64,000 nt of DNA from Magallana gigas (lineage: Eukaryota), in contig NC_088857.1 in assembly GCF_963853765.1 (NCBI RefSeq), positions 15,438,001 through 15,502,000 of the forward strand, written 5' to 3'. The notes under the pieces are model-generated. The model saw only the letters and a list, made by a program, of their open reading frames with translations. It was not told where the DNA came from and made no database searches. Within the stretch, counting starts at the first letter, position 1; each line of letters opens with the position of its first letter. Positions 1-12,800 of the stretch are shown piece after piece. The position numbers were made by a program, and so were the translations under genes.

Positions 1-13
1 ATTTTTTTTCTAG

Positions 14-1312
14 AAACAGCGAGAAGACGCTTTAAGCATTGAGAAAGTCTTGAACCGAGTAAAGGTACAACTCTTTATATTTCTAAACTTTAAGGGAATA
101 AATGATATGACAGTGATATCCATGTGTCCATAACTGGCAACTTTATTTAGAAATAAAGATTTACTTTAGATTTTACTCGTCAGAGTAATATGATTACCGT
201 TAGTTATACCGGTATACATCTATGACATTTTGGCAAGGCTGCTTTTTCCGTGATAGCGTTCAGTATTATAGTGCCTAAAATCTTGTTTAGTCCAAGACAC
301 GTCTTTATCCTCGTTACTTTCACCTCAATATATGATTTAATAGACGTGATTGATTCATTTAAAATAATATTCGTCACTGAACATTTATGCTTCTAAACAC
401 AGGAATACTTTAGAGAAATCCTCAAGGATTGCAGAAAAAGCATCAGAAGCGAACTTTTAAAAGTCAGACTTCCTAACCACGTCTTGGTAAAGGTATGTTA
501 TACATCAAATGGACACATTTTATGGAATAATCATGCATGCAATCATATATTATTTCCTTTGCATTTATTCTTTAAAAAATCATTCAAACATCATTCTGTT
601 TGTTACTTTAAACAGGCCAAAAAGCTACTTGATATGTTTAAAGCAAAGAGAAAGTATCTAAAGAAAATGCGCCCCGAACAGTTTCTGGTGAGTAATGAAA
701 CTACATGTATTTTATTGTAATCTAACAAAATAACATTCATGCATACTATATGTGTAACAAATTTATCAATGCATACTTTAGTGTGAATTGTCCAAATACA
801 TGTACATGCGTGTATGAAAATAATTAGTTCCGGTTTTAACCTCTTTCTAGACTCTTCTAAACGACTACAATATAACAACAGAATATTTGAGGCAGTACAT
901 GCTGGACAAGCCGAAGCACTCTGCAAAAGAGAAAACAGACCTCTCATGGTGTGTCACAAAGCAAAAACCGGAACTGACGTCAGGGAACAGAAAATGGGAT
1001 ATCTCAATGGACAAACTACTGAAGGTGGAGATAGAGCAAGAGGAAGATGAAGAGGATGACGGTTTTGCGCCTCGTAAATTGTTCCTTTCTGGCATAGAAA
1101 GCTTCAAGCCAACCCCTGCAAAGAATGAGGTGCAGATCATGGAATGGTAAATAGCACTAAAAATATTTATACAGCAGATACATGTGTATAATTGTTATTC
1201 ATTAGTGTATATTGTACTGTGCAATAGAGTTACGTGTACTTTGTCAGCTACAGGTATGTATAATTCCATGTTTGTTTATCATTACAGCAAGACCATTCGT
1301 CTGAGACGTTGA
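14..1312 (+). CDS. 3' part of an uncharacterised spliced gene (continues upstream of the window)
   Basis: Phase-compatible GT-AG exons 14-64, 403-486, 616-687, 851-1146, 1288-1312 (TGA). Translation: KQREDALSIEKVLNRVKEYFREILKDCRKSIRSELLKVRLPNHVLAKKLLDMFKAKRKYLKKMRPEQFLTLLNDYNITTEYLRQYMLDKPK...EEDEEDDGF...QIMECKTIRLRR*. An unspliced stop (TAA 1148-1150) is also possible. No family recognised. Confidence 0.7.
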
Positions 1313-3845
1313 TTGCGATCATTCCTAACCTTAGAAAAATTTGAAGAGGATTTTTGCTTAGTTCTGGAAAAAAACCCAGCTGAATCACACATTTGTTGCA
1401 ATATTTTGACATTTTAAAGGAAATAATGCTCATCGATGGACGTATTTACAAATGAAAAGAAAAGAGAGTGTTTGAACCAAAGACCCGTGATCAGTTCTTG
1501 ATCTACACTATTTCATGTTTTAAATGCTATAGGATGCAATTGACTTTTAACCTATAGTTTTGGAAATCTTGTAATACACTAGTATTGGCTCTAGAACTGC
1601 ATGATTACAGGTTCTCATTTTATATATTTTTTTACTATCAATTTTACATAGTTACATATACATGAGTTGATTTCGATTTTTTTCTATTCTCTTTTCTTTG
1701 TCAATTTTCTTATTAGTGTGATATCTTTATATTAAAAATTGAAACATTATTGCAGAGTTTACATTGAATGCAGGTCATTTTTTAACGGAAAAAGATTGAA
1801 TACTAGTATTTTGACGATTTAATTTTCTCTCTTTGTAATAAATTTGTTGTTTGAACATTTTGTTGTCATGTGTTGTCAATTATACTAAATTTGTTTATGA
1901 CTTGAACAACAAATCACCATTACCTTTTCATATTAATACTGAATAAATTGAGATAACCACTAGATGAAAAGTCGCTTGGCTCACAGAAAGACCTGAATAT
2001 ACGTACGGATTATCCAGGTAAAACTTCATCTAATTGTACATGCGCTAAAACAAAGCCTATGTATACCACGAATCCGTTCTATTACTATGGACAACATATT
2101 TCCTTTTAGATGTATTGGAAACCTATATCAATTTGTAGGTTACTGTATTATTTCATTACTGGTATTTTTATAGTCTAGGGTCATTTCTTGAAACACAATC
2201 GTTTATGAAAATATGACCCATCGATTCACGGATCTCGGACTTCGACCTCTGGTAATTAGAATACGAAAAATTACACAAATTGTAAAAAAAAACAAGGCGA
2301 TCGGCGATAAATAAAAAAACGACAAAGAAAACGGACGAATATGGAGGTCAATGACTGATAGAAATGTTGATCCTTATTGCAAGGGGGTGGACGAAAATGG
2401 ATATCATGACCCATTAACAAGAATGAAATTGTCACAACAGTTGGTGTCAAATGAATTTCCTTTCTTTACCTCAATTTTTAGATGTGTAACACACTACAGA
2501 TGATAAAATTTTTACCGACACAAGGAAATACTACGTTGATTGATAAATCGATATATTCATCTACATGTGAGTTAATTTCCCATGAGACCTAATCTCACTG
2601 CAGCTAGGTTTTTGCTGAGTAAACATTGAATCAACACCCGTGTAGCTTCCATTTGATACGAAATTTCACAAACAAATTACCTAGAAACCACAGTTTGCCC
2701 CGAAACAAAAGATCTAAATGATGAATAGTTCCGCTCTCAGGAATTTACATATTATATTATTTATACGATATGCACAAATATCGAAGTTATTATGAAAACA
2801 TGTTTAGATATGTTAGATAACAGAAAATAATGAAATTCACTTAGAATTGAATTTATAAAATATATTTACCACGGCATATAAATCTTCAAAAGTTACTCAT
2901 ACTGAATATCCTGTAAAACTGTACTGGATAAATAAAATAAAAATTCATCATTTAACTGGATATATGATTTCAAGTCATTTTGATTTCAAAACTTTTACTA
3001 GTATTGCAATGGTTAAACAGACATTTACAACCAAGGGAATAATATTCGAACTTGCATAATTATATGCATTATACTCATATTTAACACAAAAGGTCAACAA
3101 TGTCACCTTATATACATAAGAATAAATCATTAAAATTGTTTAAAATCTTCACCCAATGCATGCATAATTGATCAAATTCCACACAAGAGGTTCGTACTTA
3201 AATGAAAAGTTTTCTGTAATGTAGGTATATTGGAACAGGTGACAAAAAACTCTCTTTGAAAAAGCTATTTTGTATAATTGTAAAAACATCTTTTGAATAA
3301 AAGGAATAAATGGATTAACTGACCAATATTTACATTCAATTAGAGTCTTGAAGTCAAACCATACACTGATGTGTGCATTATTGTACTTCACATATGAAGA
3401 ACCCCAATACAGTATAACAACGTATTTCTATTAAGAAATATTGATTGTATGGATAATTCAAGAAAGTACTTGCATAAAAACTCTCAAATCAAAACAAAAA
3501 CTGAACAAAATATCTGAATACTAAAGTAAGTGTAAAATGTTGGCACTGATTCTATTATGACAAAACAAAGTTTAATATAGTTGAAGTTAAATGTGTTACA
3601 TGTATGTTTGAAATTTTATGCATTTCTGGTCTACAATGGTGTAAAATAGAACACTATTCTATAAATGTACAATGTAAAATATACAATGAACATCAAATCA
3701 GACATAAGCATAAAAATACACGTCATGGTATTGTCTTATTTGGAGTCAATCATGTTTTTCTCCGTTTATGTTTTGTACATGTCAAAAATATTGCATTTAA
3801 TACCGGGCAAGGGAACACATTGAAAGACTGGAGACCAATTGTATG

Positions 3846-6800
3846 TTATGATTCCTCGTCTTCGGCTATTTCTTGTAATGCTTCTTCATCCATCCTTTTT
3901 TCTAGTTTTATAGCGACCTTGACCTTTGCCCAATCTCTCCGGACGGAACTCCCACTCCCTGGGTACATCATGCTACTGATGACACTTCCGGGGTGCCCTC
4001 GTCCTAGAAAAAAGTTTATTCACAACAGAAAATGTAAGTTTTACTCACTAGTAAATAATATAACTGCTTAAAAAAAATTATTATTTTATAATATTATTTT
4101 ATTAATTTATTAAAGACTAATTATATATAAGGCCTGTATATTTCCACAAGCCTCATATCTATCAATATGAGAATCATGATACTAACCAGCATGTCTTAAC
4201 CCTCCAACATGAGACTCCGGTTCCTCGTAATGCTCTTGCAGATACTCAACATTCAAATGCAGCATTTTTGATTCTAAAGGTAAACAACACAACGTGTTAG
4301 TGCCAATCCTAAATTTCTAAAATCCTTATTAATTAAAAAAAAATTCATAAACGATGTTATTTAAAACATTCATTACTAATGCCTATTAAATTCTACGTAG
4401 ATAAGTTCTTAAAAGTCCTCCACCCATCTGGAAACAGTTCTGTATGGAAGCCCAAACGTCTAAACAACTTAAATCTAGCACGTGTTTGACATGAAAATAA
4501 AAGAAAAAATTTCGATTTTGGGGAAAAATCGACTTTTACAATTTTTACCACTATTTATAAAAACCAAAGTCCCTGTAGTATTCGAGCTCTGGACCTGCAG
4601 ATCAAAGTTTCGACCATTGCGCTAGAGCGATATACACCAACTACTGGCAACGTTAACAGTTTCTTAATGGGTTAAAATCGCCATTTTAGTGACGTACTTC
4701 CATAAAAAGTAGAAGCCACAGGGTGTCGAGTATCTTTCATTGAAAAATATTCTCAATCAAGTATATCATATGATGTTGAAAACAACAATATAATTAAAAA
4801 TCCTCGAAATATTTACTTTGAGCTTCAATTTCCCAGCTGTAATGAAGATTGTCTCCAATGTTTTTATCTTTCTTCATGAGTTCAAATTTGGTTTTTCTAA
4901 GTGGTGCTTCTGAACCCTCCAGCCCCTTTCGTTGGTTAAGCTTGGACCAATGTCGTTGCTTATGCTACAGCAGAGAAATATATAGTTTCAATTATTTACG
5001 TCAATGATAAGCATTTTCAAAAGATTGAATAATACTTGCATCTGTTGAATAGGCTAAATGTTTAGTTGTTTAATTTCTATTAGCAGCTGGTTGAATCAGC
5101 GGAGAGTTGTATCATAATGTATATTATATGCAACCGGAATGCAATCGTTACATAACCACGTACTCTGGCCGCAAGCTCGTCACTCTTTTCTTGTTTTTCC
5201 AAATCCATTTCCAACTCTTCTTCTGTGCGAACGGCGAACTCTGCCAGTTTTTGTTCGACGTGTGTTTTAACTATATTATATTTAATATGATAAAGTTATA
5301 GATTTGTTAGATACACAATCACTAAGGTAAATTCTTTTTATTATTTTTTCAAATATGAAGCATACCGATATCTTAACACCGATATGATAAATAAAAATAG
5401 CGTTTCCCGGTGTTATAGTGTTACATGCTTATCTTGCTTTTTTCAGATAATTATCAATAACTCTTCTAGAATATTTACCAATAGGATCGTCAATTGCTCT
5501 CAAAGCACATAGGTTGATAACAAGCAACCAACAAGGTGTATCCCCGGCCTCTATCCCATCTTTCACCAGACTTAAACACGTGACGCTTTGATATCGTAAT
5601 ATGGTGTCGTCACCATTTGGGTTAATTTTCATCTGGATAGCCATTTGACACTTAAATTCCTCCATGTCAAATATCTGTGAGATAATTAATATTAACAATT
5701 GTATTCATGTGTATATTCATATTAGAATTTGTAATGCAGTTTAGAATTAACAGAAAAATATGTATCAAAAACATATCCAATACCGTTGACAGACCAATCT
5801 CACATTTATATCATTTTTCCCTGTTCAAAATTCGTTCTGATACTTTTGTGCTGATTTAACGAAAGCTTGTAACATAATCTATCTTCCACTTAAACACGTC
5901 TTGGAAAAAGCCCAAAATGCAGCGAAGTTCCAAGAAGCGAAAATGAAGCTGATACAAAATGTTCCTAGCAAAGAGTACACCATTGTACTTAAAGGTACGT
6001 GAATAACTAGGTTGAACATATTAAAATAAGCGGGCTAATACGCCTTGGCAATTAACCACACACACATAAAAACAGATGAAAATTAAAGATATGAAAACAC
6101 TCATTTAAAACTGTTTAAAAAATCTATGTTGCATGTACATTTAAGGTAAAAATAGCATCAAAACAAAATAAACTTAATGTAGATACGGTGTATTAGTGTA
6201 TTGTAAAGTTTACCTTCACGGGCACATGGTGAGGCAGTTTCCCCTCGTGATTGATGACATCCAGAGAGAAGCAGTGTTCTGAGGGGTCGTCATGGCCTCT
6301 CACGATCACGGGGTTCTTGCCTAGCCGTGTCGCCGTGATGCTCCCGTCCATGTCTTTCCGGAGTTTTACTCCCTACCGGGAAATGAATCGATCGCTTAGA
6401 CATTCTTCAATACATATGTAATTAGTTGCAAGGGATGATTAGATTGTATCATGAATAAATGACGATCAAATATAAGTTCTTAGTAATTGTTTCAACGTAA
6501 TTTCAATAAAACATTTCTTAATTAAAGAAAAAACATTTCTTTTCTCTGTTTACTCGAGTGAAGAATGTAGGTGAGCAGTTTTTTGTTTTTTACTACGGTG
6601 ACTGTATTTACCTTAAAAATTCTTCACAACCGTTACAAACTCTACAAGGAATCATTCGTGTTACAGTTATAAACGCACCTGGCCAACATAAGGCAATATA
6701 CTGGCTGTTTCGTCGTCCCGATATTCATTACGGAAGTAGGACAGGCTTATTCTTTGAAGGTAAACAAAAACCATATTTAGTAATTGATACTAATAAATGT

Positions 6801-9800
6801 AACATGATTAAAAATCCATAAAAAATGTAATTTTGGTGTTTTTTTTTTTAAATGGCCATTCCGAATAGGTATTGTTCATATAAGTGAAATTTCTCTATTT
6901 CTATTGTTGTTATTGAATATTTTTTGAAAGGAAACGTTGCTACATGACCCGCTATCTTTGTTAAATAGCAATATGAAATGATAATAATAAAACGTGCTTT
7001 ATCAAGGCGACAGTGATCATGAACAGGAACTTAATAGCAAAAGTATTTGTTTGCATTGTTTGTTTGATTTTTACTTTTTACTTTTTTTTCTAAATAAACA
7101 TTAATATTTGAAAAATAGCAATAAAAAAAACTACCCTCGAGAGTTATTAACAATAATGTTTGGAGATTAGGATCATAGAAACTAATTTTGTTATGTTCAA
7201 ACTAATAAAACGGAGAGGGTTCACGAAAGCTTCAAAGTTCTTAAAGTTAAAAAAATGTCCTTAGTTACCTTTCCCCGTCAAACTCTGAACCAACTTTTCC
7301 GTCGATGGTCACCTCTCTCTCTAGTATGTAAAACTTTTGAACAATTCTATCTCTCTCCAGGTACACTATTTTGCACCAGGCATCAGGATCAACAGATTTC
7401 CATTTTGCGTGTAAATGAGCCAGAGATTCCTGAATTAGAAAAATGGAATTATTTATTTATAAACAAATTGTAGAATGTATTATTATAATACGATATCGGA
7501 AATGGTTATCATTTTAGCATGTGTATTTTTTCTCTGCCTTAAAATTGTTGAAATTGATCTTGTCAACGGATTTGTCAATTGTGCTAAATATGGTTACATG
7601 TATATATTGTATGTGCAAATGAAACTTATATCATAAAAATAAAAAAAAATGTTTAGCATGTGTATACGGAAAAAAATAAGAGAATATACCTTGGATACTA
7701 CTGTGGTTTCACCAATTTTCGTTGAATACCAATTTTCATGGATTTCGTTTTAAGTTGATCCATGAAATTAAATGTTCATTGAAATGCAATTTCTATTAAC
7801 ATTTTGTATTGATGGGGACATTGGCCACGAATTTACATATCCTTGAAACTGTGATTTTCACTTCATCCACGCAAATTGATACCCTTGAATATTAATGAAA
7901 CCACAGTATATGTATGTATACTGTTCCTAATGATAAAATATCTCTACATTTTGTACACTAAATACATTGTACATTATAAATCTTGGATTCGACGATTACC
8001 TCTAAGTAAGTAGAATTTTCTTTACGACACCCTGTTTCCTAAATTCAAGCATTTATTAGTAAAAACTACTGTTAACAAACAAACAAAACCCCCAAAACAC
8101 TAGCAACAGACATTAGGAGGAGAAAAAAAAATAGACTGGCAAACCTGAATAATATTATACTCCATGGATTAGAATTACATGTAACACATGTCACAACTAC
8201 CGAGTCCCCAAATACTGGTGATAGAACATCAACCTAGGCGCTTTATATGCTGTGTTCGACTGTGCATAAACGTTGAAATCGATACAGGGCGACTATAGGA
8301 GGACGGACGCTTTATAACACACGAAACATATTGTTATGGGTGTGTTTATCAGTTACAAGGTCATCTTAAATTTGTGCAGGTGACTGTGTTACATGGCGAT
8401 TATTTAAATAACCACTTCCTTCTTTAATATTTTGTCATCCAACATATTAAAATCATATTATCAAACTTTTTTTTTTACCAAGTATACGAAAAAGTATTTC
8501 AAACATACAAAATTATACATTTATGCGTAAATATTTTGTGTTATTTTTCTAATTAAAAATCAATATAAGTTATTTTTTTTGCTCTAGATATGAGGAACTA
8601 TACCTGGGCAATTTGATACAATTGACGTCTTGAAGCACCATATCCAGATCTAAACGGATGGAAAGTAAAAAAAAGTTTTGAGAAAAAAAGAAACTCATTG
8701 CAATCGTCTAAATCAAATATTATTTCCTTTATTACCAAGCCATTCTGAGGCGGTGAAATGATTTTATTATCAAATTGCTATAAAAGGTGTCGTGTTATTT
8801 GTATTCTTGGTAAACTGTTCTATTTAATCCATTACGAGTTACCAGTAATTCACTGCTTTCCTTTATACCTAGAATTATAATACTCGGATTGCACGTGACC
8901 ACCGTAGTGAAAACTTTCCTCCATACTATCGTAGTCTGGAGCGTCGTATATATCGTCGTCCATACGCCTCGGTAGTCCTCTCCTGACATACTGAGATTGT
9001 CTGGTACTTCTTCTCCTCAGTTCTTGCTCTTCCAGCTGTTCAATTCAAAATGAGGATTTTAAAGTAGTAGTATGACTTGCATACTGGTGGAGTCAAAATT
9101 AACTGTAACTCAATTTTCGTATAATTATTCTGTGGGTAGCTCCTTGTCAAAAATTAACATTCACGTGCAAAATGAATAAATGAAAACATTTTTTAATTAT
9201 TGCACACAAAAGCTGATGAACTACATACTTAACAACCCGACGAGCTATTACAACATTAGCAAATCACAAAAAAGCCTCATTAAATGATCTCACGTTTTAT
9301 TCTATGAGACTTTGAAAACTCTTTGTGTCTGTAAATAAAACATGCAAAAGGAAAAAAAAATACTTTATCACTCTTACTTTTTTTCTATAATGATGTTTGT
9401 CAAGATCATTCGTTGAAACCATTATATGAAACAGCTGATCTCCTGTTTTGGCCGCAATGTTTCCAAGAGAGAACACTTGATCTTTGCAATATGTTATATA
9501 TTGCAGCGTGTCCAGAAACTTTCGACGGGCAAGATACATCTGAATTGTAGTTTGAATCAAACGAAGATCCGAGATAAACTTTTCCAAACACATGTTTAGT
9601 TGATCCACATGCCAGTATTTCAGAAACACCTGCGAGGCAAAAAATGTTTCTGGTAAGTCCATATGATTCACACTGAGAGAGAGAGAGAGAGAGAGATTTT
9701 CTTTTTAGTGTTAGGTAAAGCAGTCAGATCATACCTTTGATTTTCCAATTTGATAGTCGTACAGTTGAGCTTTCTGTAATATTCTATCGCAGTTGGCTGG

Positions 9801-12800
9801 ATTTATTTCAACGGATTCAGTAACAGGAAAGCCGACTACTTTATACCTAATTTATGATTGCATGAAAACAATATTTTATTTCAAATGTTTATCATTTTAT
9901 CAAAAAATGCTTGATAAATGGTAACAACAGTAGGCCTTCGAATTATTAACACAAAATAACTAGAAATTAACATACATGTTTTTAACTTCAGAGTCAAGAG
10001 TAAACCGATGAATATCAAACTATTAGAATCTCACAATACCTAATGTTTTTAGCAATTCATGAGAAACATCCACAAGCGAGACGTAGACAATACCTGTTAT
10101 TGAAATCTTGCATGTGCATACGAGTAGGATATCCCAATTTTCTTATTCTGGTCGTTTCGAATACACCAGTATTGAGAAGCTGATTATGAACAAGTTTTAC
10201 GTCAAAAAATCCGTATTGTTTTTCTGCATTTGCCCGAATACATCTACATAAAACAAAACATTAACTGAGTTAAATCGAATTGAAGAAAGAATTTAAAATA
10301 AAATAATGCTATACAAAGCTAGCCTTACCGAACAAACTGGGGTTCTGATGCTTTGAGATTCTCCATAAGAGACGCAAGTGAATTCTAAAGAACAAACGAA
10401 ACAATAAACTTAAATACTAGGTAACTTGACTTAAAATATCAAGTAATTATTGCTAATGAAGAATAATCGGATAATACAATTAAATTCAGAGTTTCTGAAG
10501 TAAATTTATCAAGCATATGAAATAAAATCATAGTTCCATGCAAATCATTTGAATCAATTTTTAAGATTTATTTTACATTCAAGTCATATTGCTAAAATCG
10601 ACGAAACGCTTATTTTTTTCAAATATAAACATGTTTTGCTACGTTGTCTCTTAATCAGCGACGATAAATTGAGTAACAGTTTCCAAAACTATTCATTGTT
10701 CAGTAGTTCACGTAAACCTACATTAAAACATAACCTTGATTACAAACCCTAGATCTTTTTTATAAAGGACGAAGTGTTTAACATATTCGACCTACCCTGA
10801 AATGAACACTTGTTGAAGTACTTGACGAATTGGGTATAGCAGGGAGTGGGCGATCTATATTTGTTCTAAATATAAAAAAAAAATCCGTTGATATAAGAAT
10901 AAACATGACGATTGATCAAAATAATTTCACTGTTCCTGTAAAAGGTAGAGCTGAAGGACAATTTCGCTATCACTAATCTTCACCTTTGTTTTATTTTCTT
11001 TCCTGCTCGTTTTGAGAGGGTTTCCCCTGGACCTAACGCTGGCATGTTTGGTTGGTTCCACTCAGGTACCGTCCATTGGCTGTTCCGTTTGTCAATGTTT
11101 CTTACAATGTTCAAGCAAAATAATATGAAAATAATATTTAGACAATCCGAAGAATTTGTAAAATGTAATGTCGCTTTCTTTAAAAAAAAACCCAATCAGA
11201 TGTAATAGACTGTATTACCTGGTGTTACTGTCAGGTCGGTCATCAAATAGCTCATTGATTAACCAGTTGTGACTATTTTGCATAAGGCTTATGAAATTGG
11301 TACCCAACGTCTCTCTGTTTTTCTCAATAAAACCAATGGCGTTGTATGTGACCTGTTGGATGCGATATAATTAACATGCATTGCTAAATAACAATCAAAG
11401 GCAACCCCCCCCCCCCCCCCCAAAAAAAAACACAAAAAAACCCACAACAACCCCCCCCCCCCCCCCCCTAGACAAAACACTTAAAAACCCAACTAACCTG
11501 ACCTGCATAATGTTCTATTGTAAAAACCGGATCTCTTGATTTGCACCTTTTATATACATCATTCTTCCCAAATTCTTTATTCATGTGATCTACAAACGTG
11601 CCATCTGTTGACATTTGCAATCTGCATTCATCTTCCAAAATGGCAAACAATCCGATAGGTCTCTATTCAAGATATAACAATACGTAAGTCTGAAGATACT
11701 TCAAAAATTAAATTCATGATAATATAGTAAAATGATCACAGATAGAGTATTATAAGCTTCAAACTCACATCAAAGAAGAGACCAAGAATTTCGTTATTGT
11801 TGGTAAATTTGATCTTTGGCTGTTTGATACCCTCTGCTTGATATTCTTGCAGTTCCCATGAAAATATGTAAGTATTGAAAAAGCTCTGCAATTGTTCATT
11901 AGCACTGTTAATGCACAACTGTTCAAAACTGTTCACTTGAAACCTCTCAAATCCAGCCATGTCCAATAAGCTTATAATTCCAGCATCAGTATACCTATAC
12001 ATGTAGATTACAAAGAAAGTTAAATACAGGTTTTGATTAAAAAAGAAGTGTATCGTATAATGAAACTGTGAATATTTATTTAAATGATCCTCAATGTTTG
12101 CCTTGATAACTATATGTATAAGTTATATTTTCTGTTACTTATTTAATGTAATTTACATCAATTTATGAAATTTTTGTGTCAATGGAAAATCGCCAATGTT
12201 ACTATAAATAGCACAAATTTAAAAGTAAACAAAAAACCAAACAGCGTCAAAGTAAAAGCTTCCGCTATACCAAATAGTTACACAAAGAGCCACGTTTTGT
12301 CAAATGTGTTGGCATTTTGTTTCTTCTTTTTTTTAGTTTTCTTATTAATAATGTGTTTTAAAAACAAGACTATGCATTTTGGACACATACAATGCGCATA
12401 AATTTCCATGACCTACTGTGCTGCGCGTTGAAGAAATCGGGATTGAATACCTAACGCTTGTTGCAAAATTCAAGGCAGCAACTGTTGAACTTTTTTTCTA
12501 CTAGACAGACATATTTTTGTTTATAGCCGCTTTGAAAATTTGGTCGCTCTCTGACGCTTTGCCGACATTAAATGCATGAGAGAGAGAGAGAGAGAGATTT
12601 ATTTTCAGTCTTTACTACACAATATGCATAAAGACACACCAAACGAGCCCGGCTTTCAGTACTTCAGTACTTTGATTTATTCAGACCCACCAAACTGTGT
12701 TGAACAATTAACCAAAAGAAGATGAATTCAAATAAATTACGACGCGTAAACCTAGCACCACATGGAGACCCATAAAGAGAGAAACAGAAAAAAAAAGATT

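Noticed and set aside
1964-2251. Exon-like segments with AG/GT boundaries downstream of the first gene
   Set aside because: No phase-consistent, stop-free chain could be assembled.
5780-5964. Apparent myosin exon with a good acceptor (ctctttgctag) at 5964
   Set aside because: All three frames hit stops, and the flanking exons (6372-6214 and 5674-5479) already join in phase to give a continuous MH2 alignment.
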